Positions 27,964 to 39,350 of a stretch of 64,000 bases of DNA are shown piece by piece. Origin of the DNA: Paraphysomonas bandaiensis. Taxonomy: Eukaryota; Protista; Chrysophyceae. Both the position numbers and the translations under genes were made by a program. Within the stretch, counting starts at the first letter, position 1. Every line of letters begins with the position of its first letter. The notes under the pieces are model-generated. The model had not been told where the DNA came from, did no database searches, and saw nothing but the letters and a program-made list of their open reading frames with translations. The stretch covers positions 392,214 through 456,213 of the forward strand of contig CBFFRP010000432.1 of the NCBI GenBank assembly GCA_965644295.1. Direction: 5' to 3'.

Positions 27964-29920
27964 ACATACATACACACGTTGTGTCCGTTGGTGTGGTCTT
28001 GGACGGAAGCATACATACTTCTTCTCCATGCAGTCTCTCAATACGATGAAGCGTGTTGCTATGGAGGTCATTGATTTGACTTCAGATCAACCTAGTATCT
28101 TTAAGGGTCACTATGAAGTATCCACATGTATGTCGTATCACTCGACCCGTGGACAGAGATATGTATATGTTACCAGTCATAGTCACAATACTCACAACCC
28201 ACCCCTGAAGAGGAGGAGAATGGCTGGACGTAGACGTAGAGCAGAGGATAGGCCTGACGATAGACGATAGAGATCGACAAGTGGCAAATGTGTTTGCGAA
28301 TGCAGTGTTATCAGATTTATCGCATGCGGATGTCAATGCGTTACACCGCATGATAAACACACAGAAAACTCAAATCATACTATCAGACACCTCCAGGTTC
28401 ACTGATCTGTCAGATACCATAAAGGGTGCAGTACGAATGAGTATGTGGGATCAACATGTTTTGTTGTTATTATATCCTGATACTTTCAGATATTTGTAAT
28501 TCATGTCCACACGCGTCAGATGAGTTGATAGCACTCATTTTCACAAAAGTAGAACACCAATGTAATATAGAAGCCGATTATATGATAGCATCTAATGCTA
28601 TTGCTCCTCTTCATACGGTATTTTCCATATTATTATCATAACATTCTTTGCTATAATACAACGCATGCAAGATGACATAGGAGCGTTGCAGCATAGCGTG
28701 ACCGAGTAGGAACGTAACCTAGAGGACATGCGTAATGATATGCAACGTCACAGAGAGGAGGTGCGTAATTGTATGGGAGAAATGCGAAATGATATGCAAC
28801 GTAACATGGAGGAGATATTACGAATACTACCATAAGCCATTAGTAAATGTCGGTTATTCGCAAATGACAGCATCAATAATTGCAAGTCACTTATTGCTTG
28901 GTATGATAGGGTTTATCAAGATGCATTTATTTGATATCTTTAAGCTTAGAAGTAAGTAACAGAACATGTAATTAACTTGACTTACAATTATTGATGCTGT
29001 CATTTGCGAATAACCGACATTTACTAATGGCTTATGGTAGTATTCGTAATATCTCCTCCATGTTACGTTGCATATCATTTCGCATTTCTCCCATACAATT
29101 ACGCACCTCCTCTCTGTGACGTTGCATATCATTACGCATGTCCTCTAGGTTACGTTCCTACTCAGTCACGCTATGCTGCAACGCTCCTATGTCATCTTGC
29201 ATGCGTTGTATCTGAGGTCAACATGAGCTTGTATTATAGCAAAGAATGTTATGACAATAATATGGAAAATACCGTATGAAGAGGAGCAATAGCATTGGAT
29301 GCTATCATATAATCGGCTTCTATATTACATTGGTGTTCTACTTTTGTGAAAATGAGTGCTATCAACTCATCTGACGCGTGTGGACATGAATTACAAATAT
29401 CTGAAAGTATCAGGATATAATAACAACAAAACATGTTGATCCCACATACTCATTCGTACTGCACCCTTTATGGTATCTGACAGATCAGTGAACCTGGAGG
29501 TGTCTGATAGTATGATTTGAGTTTTCTGTGTGTTTATCATGCGGTGTAACGCATTGACATCCGCATGCGATAAATCTGATAACACTGCATTCGCAAACTC
29601 ATTTGCCACTTGTCGATCTCTATCGTCTATCGTCAGGCCTATCCTCTGCTCTACGTCTACGTCCAGCCATTCTCCTCCTCTTCAGGGGTGGGTTGTGTGT
29701 ATTGTGACTATGACTGGTAACATATACATATCTCTGTCCACAGGTCGAGTGATACGACATACATGTGGATACTTCATAGTGACCCTTAAAGATACTAGGT
29801 TGATCTGAAGTCAAATCAATGACCTCCATAGCAACACGCTTCATTGTATTGAGAGACTGCATGGAGAAGAAGTATGTATGCTTCCGTCCAAGATCACTCC
29901 AACGGACACGACTGTATGTA
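27964..29920. repeat. Large inverted duplication (foldback): arms of about 925-945 bp around an 88-bp spacer
   Basis: Arm 1 at about 27964-28889 is the reverse complement of arm 2 at about 28978-29920, giving mirrored ORFs in the track. Arms differ by scattered substitutions and an indel of about 20 bp near 29211-29231. Confidence 0.95.
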
Positions 29921-30046
29921 TGTATGTATGTATGTATGTATGTATGTATGTATGTATGTATGTATGTATGTATGTATGTATGTATGTATGTATGTATGTA
30001 TGTATGTATGTATGTATGTATGTATGTATGTATGTATGTATGTATG
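29913..30046. repeat. (TATG)n microsatellite, about 33 units
   Basis: Perfect run abutting the right arm of the inverted duplication. Confidence 0.98.
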
Positions 30047-30965
30047 AATGTAGGTAGGTATGTGTGCTTTCACGCAAAAAATGGCACTTTTTTATACTTA
30101 AACCCCTATAATACTGTACGTAGAATACAATGAAATAGAGATAAGATACGATTGTTGTGGTGTATGTATCTTCCGTAAGATCATGTGGCGTATTAAACAC
30201 TTCGACCTATGAGTGACATAAGCGACACAAAGTCACACAGAGACACTACTGAAAGGTTTGAATCACCCCCCAAATCAAGAGGAAGTGGTCGTAGTAATCC
30301 TGTCTGGATGCTCTAGTTTATAATAGAGATGTCATAACATATGCCAAACAAATGTGGCATAGCCCAGGTAGACCCATCATACTTTAACCGCTGTGCTCTT
30401 TTCCTTCATAAAGTAATGAATATTGCTAGCTGGGAAGTTTATTAGTGTCACAAGACAGTCAACCATTCTGACAAGGTAAACATACACTTGTCGAAATAGC
30501 AAGCGGAAAAGTAAGTTGTAATAATACAACAATAATTGGCATAAGCGTGTATAGATATGAAAGATAATATTTTACTTGATGTAAACTCATGTTTAGGAAA
30601 TTTAATGTCGAATGAAATTCAAACACTACATGGAATTAAAACAGGTAAAGCAATACAGCATCAACTAGAAACACTAGAGGCAAGATTTTGTCAACATTCC
30701 ATATTTACAAAGTGATGTACCAACACTAGTGCAACATTGTCAATGATAATGATTGGTATCAAGATGGTAGTTGCAGACACAAATATACACCTCCATCAGT
30801 AAGTGTTGAAATACTTTTTAGTGTGCTGGATATAAATGATAATCATGTATTACCTGTTCATAAGACATAAGGTAAAACAAAGCACACAGCAGTTTTGTAC
30901 TGTGATTTGTACAACGCAATCCGTATATTCAGCAAGCCAGTCCATTGTTGTCAGTATATATGTTA

Positions 30966-31144
30966 TATTGAAAGTCTGTTTATTAGCAATAGGCGTTAAG
31001 TATCTGCCCCAATTTAGTAGCTAGAAGAATGCTAGCCAGACTAGTTAGACTTCTATCTGTAACTAACCAGGTCGAACGCCTATTGACGCTACGGAAGCTG
31101 CTTGTTCGTTGCCTCAAGCACCTTCGTGCAACCACTTCCGTTAG
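30966..31144 (-). mobile_element. Short structured retroposon family, copy 1 (core module only)
   Basis: Shares TATTGAAAGTC..AATAGGCGTTAA..CTAGTTAGAC..ACGCTACGGAAGCTGCTTG..CAAGCACC..ACCACTTCCG with copies at 41382, 42414 and 45176. Flanked by ATATGTTA at 30958-30965 and 31145-31152. Strand is inferred. Confidence 0.75.
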
Positions 31145-31465
31145 ATATGTTATAACATTATGTGGAATACGATATGCATCCACCTCCAACCTACGACAGC
31201 ACCTTCATCTTGAACAATGATATATGTAGCTTCAGTCATACTTACAGGACACACCAGATGAGATAATTACGAGTACAGTGTTAGGAGTCATATTGTCTTT
31301 AGGCTCTTTATTGGTTGTGTCGTAAGTGGAGTCCCTGTGTAGTATATAGATTGCATATTTCTAATACCTATTCAGAATTTATTAATTCGACCTGTCGTCA
31401 TATCGTAGTATGTAATATGTCGTTCTGCTACTCTATATCCCTGTACCACATACATATACTCTCAC

Positions 31466-31564
31466 CACTCCCACAACTGGTCCACAATCTTATATTAACC
31501 ATATGATGACTTCCTCTGTAAGGGTAACATATGAATAATATAAGAGTGTGGACCACTTGTAGTG
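31466..31564. other. Isolated long stem-loop (stem of about 33 bp)
   Basis: ACAACTGGTCCACAATCTTATATTAACCATATG pairs with CATATGAATAATATAAGAGTGTGGACCACTTGT with 4 mismatches. Confidence 0.7.
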
Positions 31565-32238
31565 TTACAGTCTTCTAACGGATACATACGCTTATTCTCC
31601 TACAGAATCATCAATAGCACACTGAAACATCCATAAAAATAACATATTCAGAAGCGCATTAGTGGTGTACACTTCTAGTGCAGTTATATTACTATTCATG
31701 GTACTCCATACGGTCTATAGTATAGACCATTAATGCCATTACCATTAACGGTTACCAGGCCCTGGTCTATACATATATATATGTATGGTTGTTCTATATA
31801 TATACGTGTATCTGCTGAGGCATTATTCATATAATAATCTTATGGGTGTTTCTTCTCATCAGGAGCATACATGCACTATACATCTATACATTACCCCATA
31901 TTTACAGCGTAACTACTAATCACCGCATTTGACCGTCTGGTGAGCGAGTGTTGCGGCTGCGCACCTCTACCAATGCACACATTGCTTAGTTCAGCCCTTC
32001 CCCACCTTTGTTCTCACTGCATATTCAGCGCTAAAAACTGTGTGATAATGATGTAGCTAGTAGTTGGTTTTAGTAGGTAGCTAGCTAATAACATATGGGA
32101 CTTAATCAAGTATTAGTCAGACCCCCACACGGCCCCCACCCGAATCTACCTAAGTATGCTCTCAAAATAGAGCAATCAAGCACTCGCTAGAAAAGATTTT
32201 CGCATGAAGTTGCGTAGTACTAAATAGTGGTATATTCC

Positions 32239-32718
32239 TTATACGTTTTTCTTGGTGTTCACTGAATACAATGCATTGTAAACTTTTAGTACAACAAGAA
32301 CCATAGATAATACGTAAGGTAGCTCCACTGATAAGTATGGGACAAGATTCTGAGGAGGTAAACTTGAAGTAAATTCCATGTAATGATAGAACAATATGGC
32401 ATTCATCTTCGCACCAACAAATAATAGCAGAGGTACAGCAAATCGCTTCCAAGAGTTAGTTACTGCGGCGACAGTAGTGAGAGTGTAGCCAATAGACAAG
32501 ATATAGGCAGATGCACAAGTCGCAACTACCATCCATTCAGGACGAGCAAGAAAAAGCCTATTATTCTCTGAGCAAAACGATATCGTCTCTTGTATTAAAA
32601 ATCGGTTATCTCCATCTTCAAATGGACCTTCACAGTAACACCGCTCTACTGTTAAGTTCATTGTGAGAAAATAACATTGCAATGCAATTATCACAAAATC
32701 AGTAATAGAATATGCCAT
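32239..32718 (-). CDS. Four-TM membrane protein, EXPERA (TMEM97/EBP-like) domain likely
   Basis: Intronless ORF with hydrophobic helices, NRLFLARPEW and VELPY motifs reminiscent of EXPERA. Confidence 0.6.
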   Translation of the reverse strand: MAYSITDFVIIALQCYFLTMNLTVERCYCEGPFEDGDNRFLIQETISFCSENNRLFLARPEWMVVATCASAYILSIGYTLTTVAAVTNSWKRFAVPLLLFVGAKMNAILFYHYMEFTSSLPPQNLVPYLSVELPYVLSMVLVVLKVYNALYSVNTKKNV

Positions 32719-33929
32719 TTCTAGATATCCAACACAATCAACCAAAAGAAATTAATGATAATAAAGTATGGTTTGAGATTTGAGGATGCTGAGTGACATA
32801 TAGACATGCAGAGCTGATCGTGCGTATCGTACACTATCAGAGTGGTCGATTTCATATGCTGTTTTTTGTATTGTAGAAAGACAGGCAAGAGTGTATATAA
32901 GAGTACGGAGTACTACTGCTCGGAATACAGCAGTTTGGGTATCTGGGTATCATCATATGGAGGGATCTTCCTGCTGGCTGTATGCAATACAGCAGCAGTG
33001 CAGCGATCAAACACTCCTGTATAGTTATATATATTCATAAACTGAAGCAATAATATCTTTTGGTCTTAGCTTGACGCTTAAACTGAGATGAAGTTATCTA
33101 ATGGTGTCACAGAGTTATCTGTCTGTGTAGAGTCCCATATCTTATGATGAAGTTGTGTTCACCTCATGTCTTGAGATCACTGTAGTGGGAACAAACCGTT
33201 ATATGTCTCAACTCTGGTTGTGGATATAGAAATCATGAGTGATATCTTATTCTCAAACCTTAGCGAATATCACCGGATGGGGAGTTGCAGTCGACGGCAG
33301 CAATAGATTACTGCGTCATTCATTTCAAATGTCCATTACAATATGATTGCTCAACCTACCAGGCAATTATCTATGAGTATCTGGTAGAGGATTTCCCTTT
33401 GCAAACAAGAATCTTAACAACTACCACACTACGAGGGCTATTTTTGCAGTACCTAGAGAGGAATTTGATGATGTATTTATATGTATAATATGTGTTTAGA
33501 GGTTTAGGTAAATTAGTGCATCTTAATAATTGGTATTTTTATTATATGCGACATATTGCATTGAATTTATATTTGAGAAAATGCATGGATTGTGTCCAGG
33601 GTTGTTGGACCATCCGAATACTTTTCATTTTGACAATATTCTTACGTACTACTAACATCCTCATCACTATTACTTGCATATGTCCCGAATATATAGAAAA
33701 ACACCACTGTATTAATTAGTCGCAGATTCACAACAGGACTTTAAGTACCGTCAGCACTCATCATGATATCAGAACATGTACCAATATTTTTACAATGAAT
33801 GTACTGCAACTAATAATATCACCTTCAACTAACACTCTCGACTTTTTATATCGTGTGTATATAGGTGTATATTGCAGCATAACTACACACAAGCACAGAG
33901 AATACCTAATAATATCAACACTCATTAGA

Positions 33930-34739
33930 TCAATAATCTTTGAACTCCAGAACCCTTTCGAAATAGGAAACCATTTCACATTTGCCTCCAGTGACATTGT
34001 GAACGCCCGACCAGCGCTATTAGTTATAATCGAATCGTAAGACATATTTAAATGACATTTCAAAATTACATACCATCAACATCAAGTCTTTACTTAGCAG
34101 AGACCGTGTCTGTAGAGTGGCTACACCCGGTTGATTATCAGCTGGACAAGATTCCATATGCAACTCTTGTGAGGATTCATCAATCCACACCTTGAACATA
34201 TACTGTCCCCCAGTTTCGACACTGACACACACACTTTCGGCTGTTTCTCTGTCGCAACCAATTTTTGCGCGTAAATTCCACACACTTACTGCAACCCCAA
34301 GGTCTCTTTGCAAAGAAAAATATCCATCACTAATAGTTATCGTATGTCGTACTTTAAAAAACGCAATTGAGCCTAAGGTTCGTCGAATTTGAGATTGTTC
34401 ACTTAAAGCAGCAAACTCGTCCAGATTTTCTGCATCAAACTGATGCCATGTTCCTTGCATTGTGTCTTTCCAGTTTTGTATTTTTGGATATCGTTTTTTC
34501 GTCATCGGCACATTAACATAATCGCGTTTATTGACTGAACACGAATAATATATCAAAATTAATATAACGATAAAGAAGTAACACCAAACGCTATGATCAA
34601 TAATGTGATTAATATCATCTGTAAATATCTCTATCCAGTGAGTTCTCTTTAAATAGAAAGAGACAAACAACCATAGAGAGAGTTCATACAGTAGAAAGGT
34701 AAGACCTAAAAATGATGCAGCTACAGTAAGAAATTGCAT
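33930..34739 (-). CDS. Membrane-anchored FABP/calycin-like protein
   Basis: Two N-terminal hydrophobic segments, then MQGTWHQFDAENLDEF (FABP GxWxxxxxENFDE-like). An intron near 34019-34072 leads to GKCEMVSYFERVLEFKDY*. Confidence 0.6.
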
Positions 34740-34978
34740 GAGATGATAGTAATTATGATATTAAATAGAGAATATAAGATAGATGTCCCTATACTAAGTT
34801 ATGTGTATATGTTATGGTCAAGCTATCTATCTATTGCTATCAACGCGTGTTGATCTTACTGGATGACTGGGAGTTATAGCAGTACAGTAGATTACAAGCC
34901 CTTTTTGTATATGTGATGTGTGCGTTTATGTTATAAAAAATGGGGAAAATGTAGATATCAAGCGGAGATACTTAGATA

Positions 34979-37900
34979 TCTAGGCAGTCCAAAAACGATG
35001 CTGATGTCCAAAAAAACTCCCACATTTTTGGTGTATGGGTATCTCCATAGACAAGTGACGATAGTTAGTATATATTACATATCCAGAGTCAGTTCATTAA
35101 GCTGGAACATTTCAATGATGTGTTATTGTGAAAATGTACTGCACTCATCTACCTCTATATTCATGTCTTCAGAATGATATTCAGATAGCTCATTATTATA
35201 TTAAGAGCTCTTGTAAACGACACCCTTCATCATGATGTTTTGAGCTCCAGTGGTCCCTACAGACCACAGACAACGAAGGTAACCACATTAAATTACTGTA
35301 CACTTTGTGTGTAACATTATTTGTATAATGGTCTTGCTGTAGTTATTCATGTATCATGGTGTGTTATGGGGTATGTCAGGTCGACACACCAACCTGCATA
35401 TATTCCACTCAATATCCGTATCAGCCAGTCTGAGTGCGCAACATAATCGGTGACAGGAACAGCAAGCATAGTGCTGGTGGATATATCAACGTTTTCCCCG
35501 ACAGTACAGTGGAACACTACCATATGGCACATCAATTGGCGTTAGGCCATAATCTTCGCTCCAACTTCATCGCCGCCTTCAACATGTGTACTCCTTCTAC
35601 TGTCGGTGTCAAGTGGTAGGATGAAGCCTACTGAATCACTGGCTACCTCATGAATCTCGTCTACAAGATCTTTTCTTATATACAAGACCTGTAGGCAGCT
35701 GAGTGCTCTCTACGTAGTGGTTGGTGCGTGGGACCTGTCCAGCCACGGAGGGGAGACTTTGATATTCAATCTGAACGCCAGTGCAGTGAGGTTGATCTAC
35801 AAGAACTTTAACCTTATGAATATCCCTGGATTCATGCTATGTCGATGTTACCCTCGTCTCATTCATCTTTGTGAGAGTATTTTTCATGTTTCTGCAGTAT
35901 ATGAGGTATTGAGTATTGCTGCGTATCCTACTATACAGCAACTCCCTAGTGCTCTACCAGCCGAGGGTACTACGTGTTATATCAGCAATTCAGTTGCTGG
36001 AGAATTTAAGATGACAGGGACTGCCAATACTGTAAATTCTCGAGTTAGTGCCGGGTTGGAGGACCTCTGCTGAAGAATCATTATGAACTTATGAACTGCA
36101 AGGGTATCGTTTTCGAATGATTCGACTGTGGATAGATTGTTTTTGTTTGTATCTAGCTCTTGTATCCCACACATTCATTACTCATTACTAGCTTGCTGTA
36201 GGTAGCACTGCAACCATGTTACCCAGCAGTGAAAGGATAAAGGATGTAAGCTGTATACTAAGCCTCTTCGCCTTGCTGCATTATTACTTCAATGCAATAT
36301 CAAGCACATTTACCGAACTATTCACCCATGATACTTTCTGCAATGTCATGTGCATAACTAGCTAGTTATCTAGTTATGCACATGATAGTTCGTTAAAGTA
36401 GATGTTGTGGTACTGAGGGTGTAAAAATGTAAAAATATGTAATAACTTAAGGTCTATATTACAATAAAGAATTAATTAACTGAACGTCGTAAATATGAAA
36501 GCAAAAATAAAAACAAACGAGTGATTTCAAAATAAGTACGAAAAAGTAGAAACTAACAATAGAACCCAAAATATCAAAATAAGTACGAAAGAAGTAGAAA
36601 GAATCGAAATGGACAAACAAAACAATCGAAAAATTAAACGTAGAAAAGAAGCAACAAACAAGGACAACTGCATTTAAGTAGGGACAGCTGCGTTGTTTGT
36701 ATGGATTTTGATGTGCGACTCCAACACACTGTCACATTGAGAGCTACCACAGCTGTAGACACGGCAACTTTTGACTCTACATCTATTCCATTGTGCCCCA
36801 AATTCGCCAAGAGTCGAGCAACCACAGCATTTTTTGTTAGAACGCCGCGGCTTGTAAACATTGTTAACGACAGGCACAACAGCATTCATATCCTTCTGAA
36901 TTTCAATATCTGAGTTTTCAATGTCTGAGTCTTCCATGTCGAAATGATGAATAAAGAGACATCGCTGCCGATTAGTAGACATTTCGTTCAGGGGCTTGCC
37001 GCTATACTTTGGAGGACAGTTATCTAATCCAAGCCGCTCTCCCAGGATGCTTTCAAACTTTTTCTCCGGGATACAATTCCGCTTGTCGAAGATCTGATCA
37101 AAGCGGACCTGGTTCTCTAGCACCCATTCAGCATCTGCTGTGGACAGCTTGTGATACTGGGGACACGTGCTAAGAATTCCATCAAGGTCCATCTCCCGCT
37201 TGTGTCCACATATGATTGCCCCGTCGTCAAAGGCTTGGCGGATGTTGTGCCTAGTGAAGGCCTTGTCGATCACCAAGGGGGCATTCGTGAAGGTTTTCCA
37301 TATGGTGTTGAACGAAGAATTGTCCAGGTCCCGCTTAAGGATGGCCTTCAAAAGCATCCAATTTCTTCCAATGGGAGTTGGAGCAGTCCCATAGATGAAG
37401 GCAGGGGACTTGTATTGATTGTGTAGCACTACGTGCATCTTACCAATGTCATTCCCGGACTGGATCATAGAGCACCCACCTGCGTACTTAGCAAAGTAGC
37501 GGGTGAATGTCATGACATCTCGGCGTCTCAATCGTTCGATGGCCTTGATCTGAGCGTCGGCCCCTATACGAACAGACATTACCGAGCATATATATACATA
37601 CATTACATACACACCATCCTGTGCAATCACCACATGCTGATAGCGCAAAAGATCTACCGGCTCTATATGCAGATTTGTTTCATCAAGAGGATCACTATCA
37701 TTCGGCAGGACAGGGCTAGAACAGAGGTCACTGAGTATATCAGCCCTGATCTTGTCTACAGCAGGAATGATACACCTGTCGTAGACGGCCGTCTGTACAT
37801 CTACCTCATTAATGCCGTACTTCGAAAGACATACCCATAATCCCTCATCTAGCTTCATTATAAGGGGCTGTTTGTCAAAGCGGGTGAAGTTCCGGTCATA

Positions 37901-39073
37901 AAACTTCATAATTGTAGCAGTCCGACGTGCAGCACCCGATATAGCCACGCAAAACTGCACGACCCGCTGCTTGGCCTGCCCCCCCTCAGTGGCCACAGAC
38001 AAGTTGTGGGCATTCAACCACTGTTTAGCCTCAGTGGTAGTAATGACCTGTGGGCGCTCGGTCATGCCATTAACAAGAACTGACACGTCATCCACGCTGT
38101 GGAAATTATCAGGAACAACCAATTCCTGTATTTTCTTCACCATCGCGGCGAAGCATATTGGAGTCCGAAGGCAATTGAATGATTCAACCCTCGTCTTATT
38201 TTTCGTGTTAGCCTCTTCCTTCCCTAGGCCAAGAACTTTACGATAATTATACATCGTGCTCCGACATATTGTAGTGGTAGCCCTCGCATTGGGCTTGCCC
38301 ACCTGTGACGCCGCTTGGAATGCTTTCTGCCAGGAGTCTTCAGATTTTTCGGCCTCCCTTCCTGCTCCCTCCTTAGTTTTTAGACCTTTCATGGCCTTAC
38401 TGCTATCAGTTGTTAGCTCGACTAGTTTTTGCTGCCCCTCCACCGTCAGCTTGCGGGGCCGCCCAAATACACAGTCTGGGCTCTCTCCATTAGCATGGCG
38501 GTTCAATGCACTAGTAGTGATAACACATTTAGAGGGACACAGAGATAAATGGAAATAAACTTACGCTTGTAAGGTGCGTCTGTCTACTTTCACTACTTTG
38601 GACGCCTTATTGACGCTAAACCCCCTCGTATTAACGAGGTCTATGCCAGTTCGCTTTCGTTCATTCACATTATCTGATGCGGGGGGTAACACTGTCCCAC
38701 TGCGAGTAATCATTGATCCTACATGGATATATATATTACTACACAGTGTCGATAAAAGCCATAAATGAACATATACAGTACGTTCGCTGAGCTAATAAGT
38801 TGTAAAATATAAGAGGCTTACCGCTTACAAATATAGAAATTACAGACGAACGAAAAGCAAATGAACGAAACTGTTTGCTGCTGCAAAACTATCTCTGAGT
38901 GTAGATCATTGAAATACGACTGGCAGCTGAAACTGTACTGTGTATGTGCACAGTACTCATTTAAAGTAATCATATTGACATGTCTAGATATCTAGATATC
39001 ATGAAGTTCGAAATTTGTGAACAAAAATGTGGGAGTGTTTTTGGACATAAGCATCGTTTTTGGACTGCCTGGA
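34979..39073 (-). mobile_element. Complete pogo/Fot1-like (Tc1/mariner superfamily) DNA transposon, about 4.1 kb
   Basis: TIRs of about 50 bp, TC(T/C)AGGCAGTCCAAAAACGATGCT(G/T)ATGTCCAAAAA(A/C)ACTCCCACATTTTTG, at both ends, each flanked by TA (34977-78, 39074-75). Contains a transposase gene. Confidence 0.9.
36674..38713 (-). CDS. pogo-like DDD transposase with N-terminal HTH and C-terminal Cys/His finger; two introns
   Basis: HTH-psq-like FSVNKASKVVKVDRRTL and GRPRKLT. Catalytic-like SVDDVS, IAQDG and IQSGND. C-terminal CCGC...CRVKSC..C..C..H. Introns at about 38513-38562 and an in-frame 51-nt intron at 37564-37614. Confidence 0.8.
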
Positions 39074-39350
39074 TATATAGGAATTTACAAAGAAAAAATC
39101 ACTGATATTGCTCTAATTTACTGATTTTATGCATGTAAAATGAACTTTGTAAAATATCCAGGGTTTTCACTTAAAAATATCACAAAACTACATATACATT
39201 TCCTCTCATACAGCAGTTCATACATACATACAGTTAAAATGAATCACTGCCTCACTTACTTGATTTGCACCACAGCAGTAACGTCTCTTGTTGTCCTATA
39301 AACATGATAATCTTGTGCTGTATGAACACTCTACTGGCATCATATAATCA

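Noticed and set aside
27964-29920. Palindrome as an amplification or read-chimera artefact
   Set aside because: Arms differ by an indel and multiple substitutions, unlike a fold-back chimera of one molecule; read-level confirmation is still advisable.
31720-31772. Small inverted repeat containing CCAGGCCCTG and CCATTA repeats
   Set aside because: Possibly a solo hAT-like end, but too short and without partner or TSD to call.
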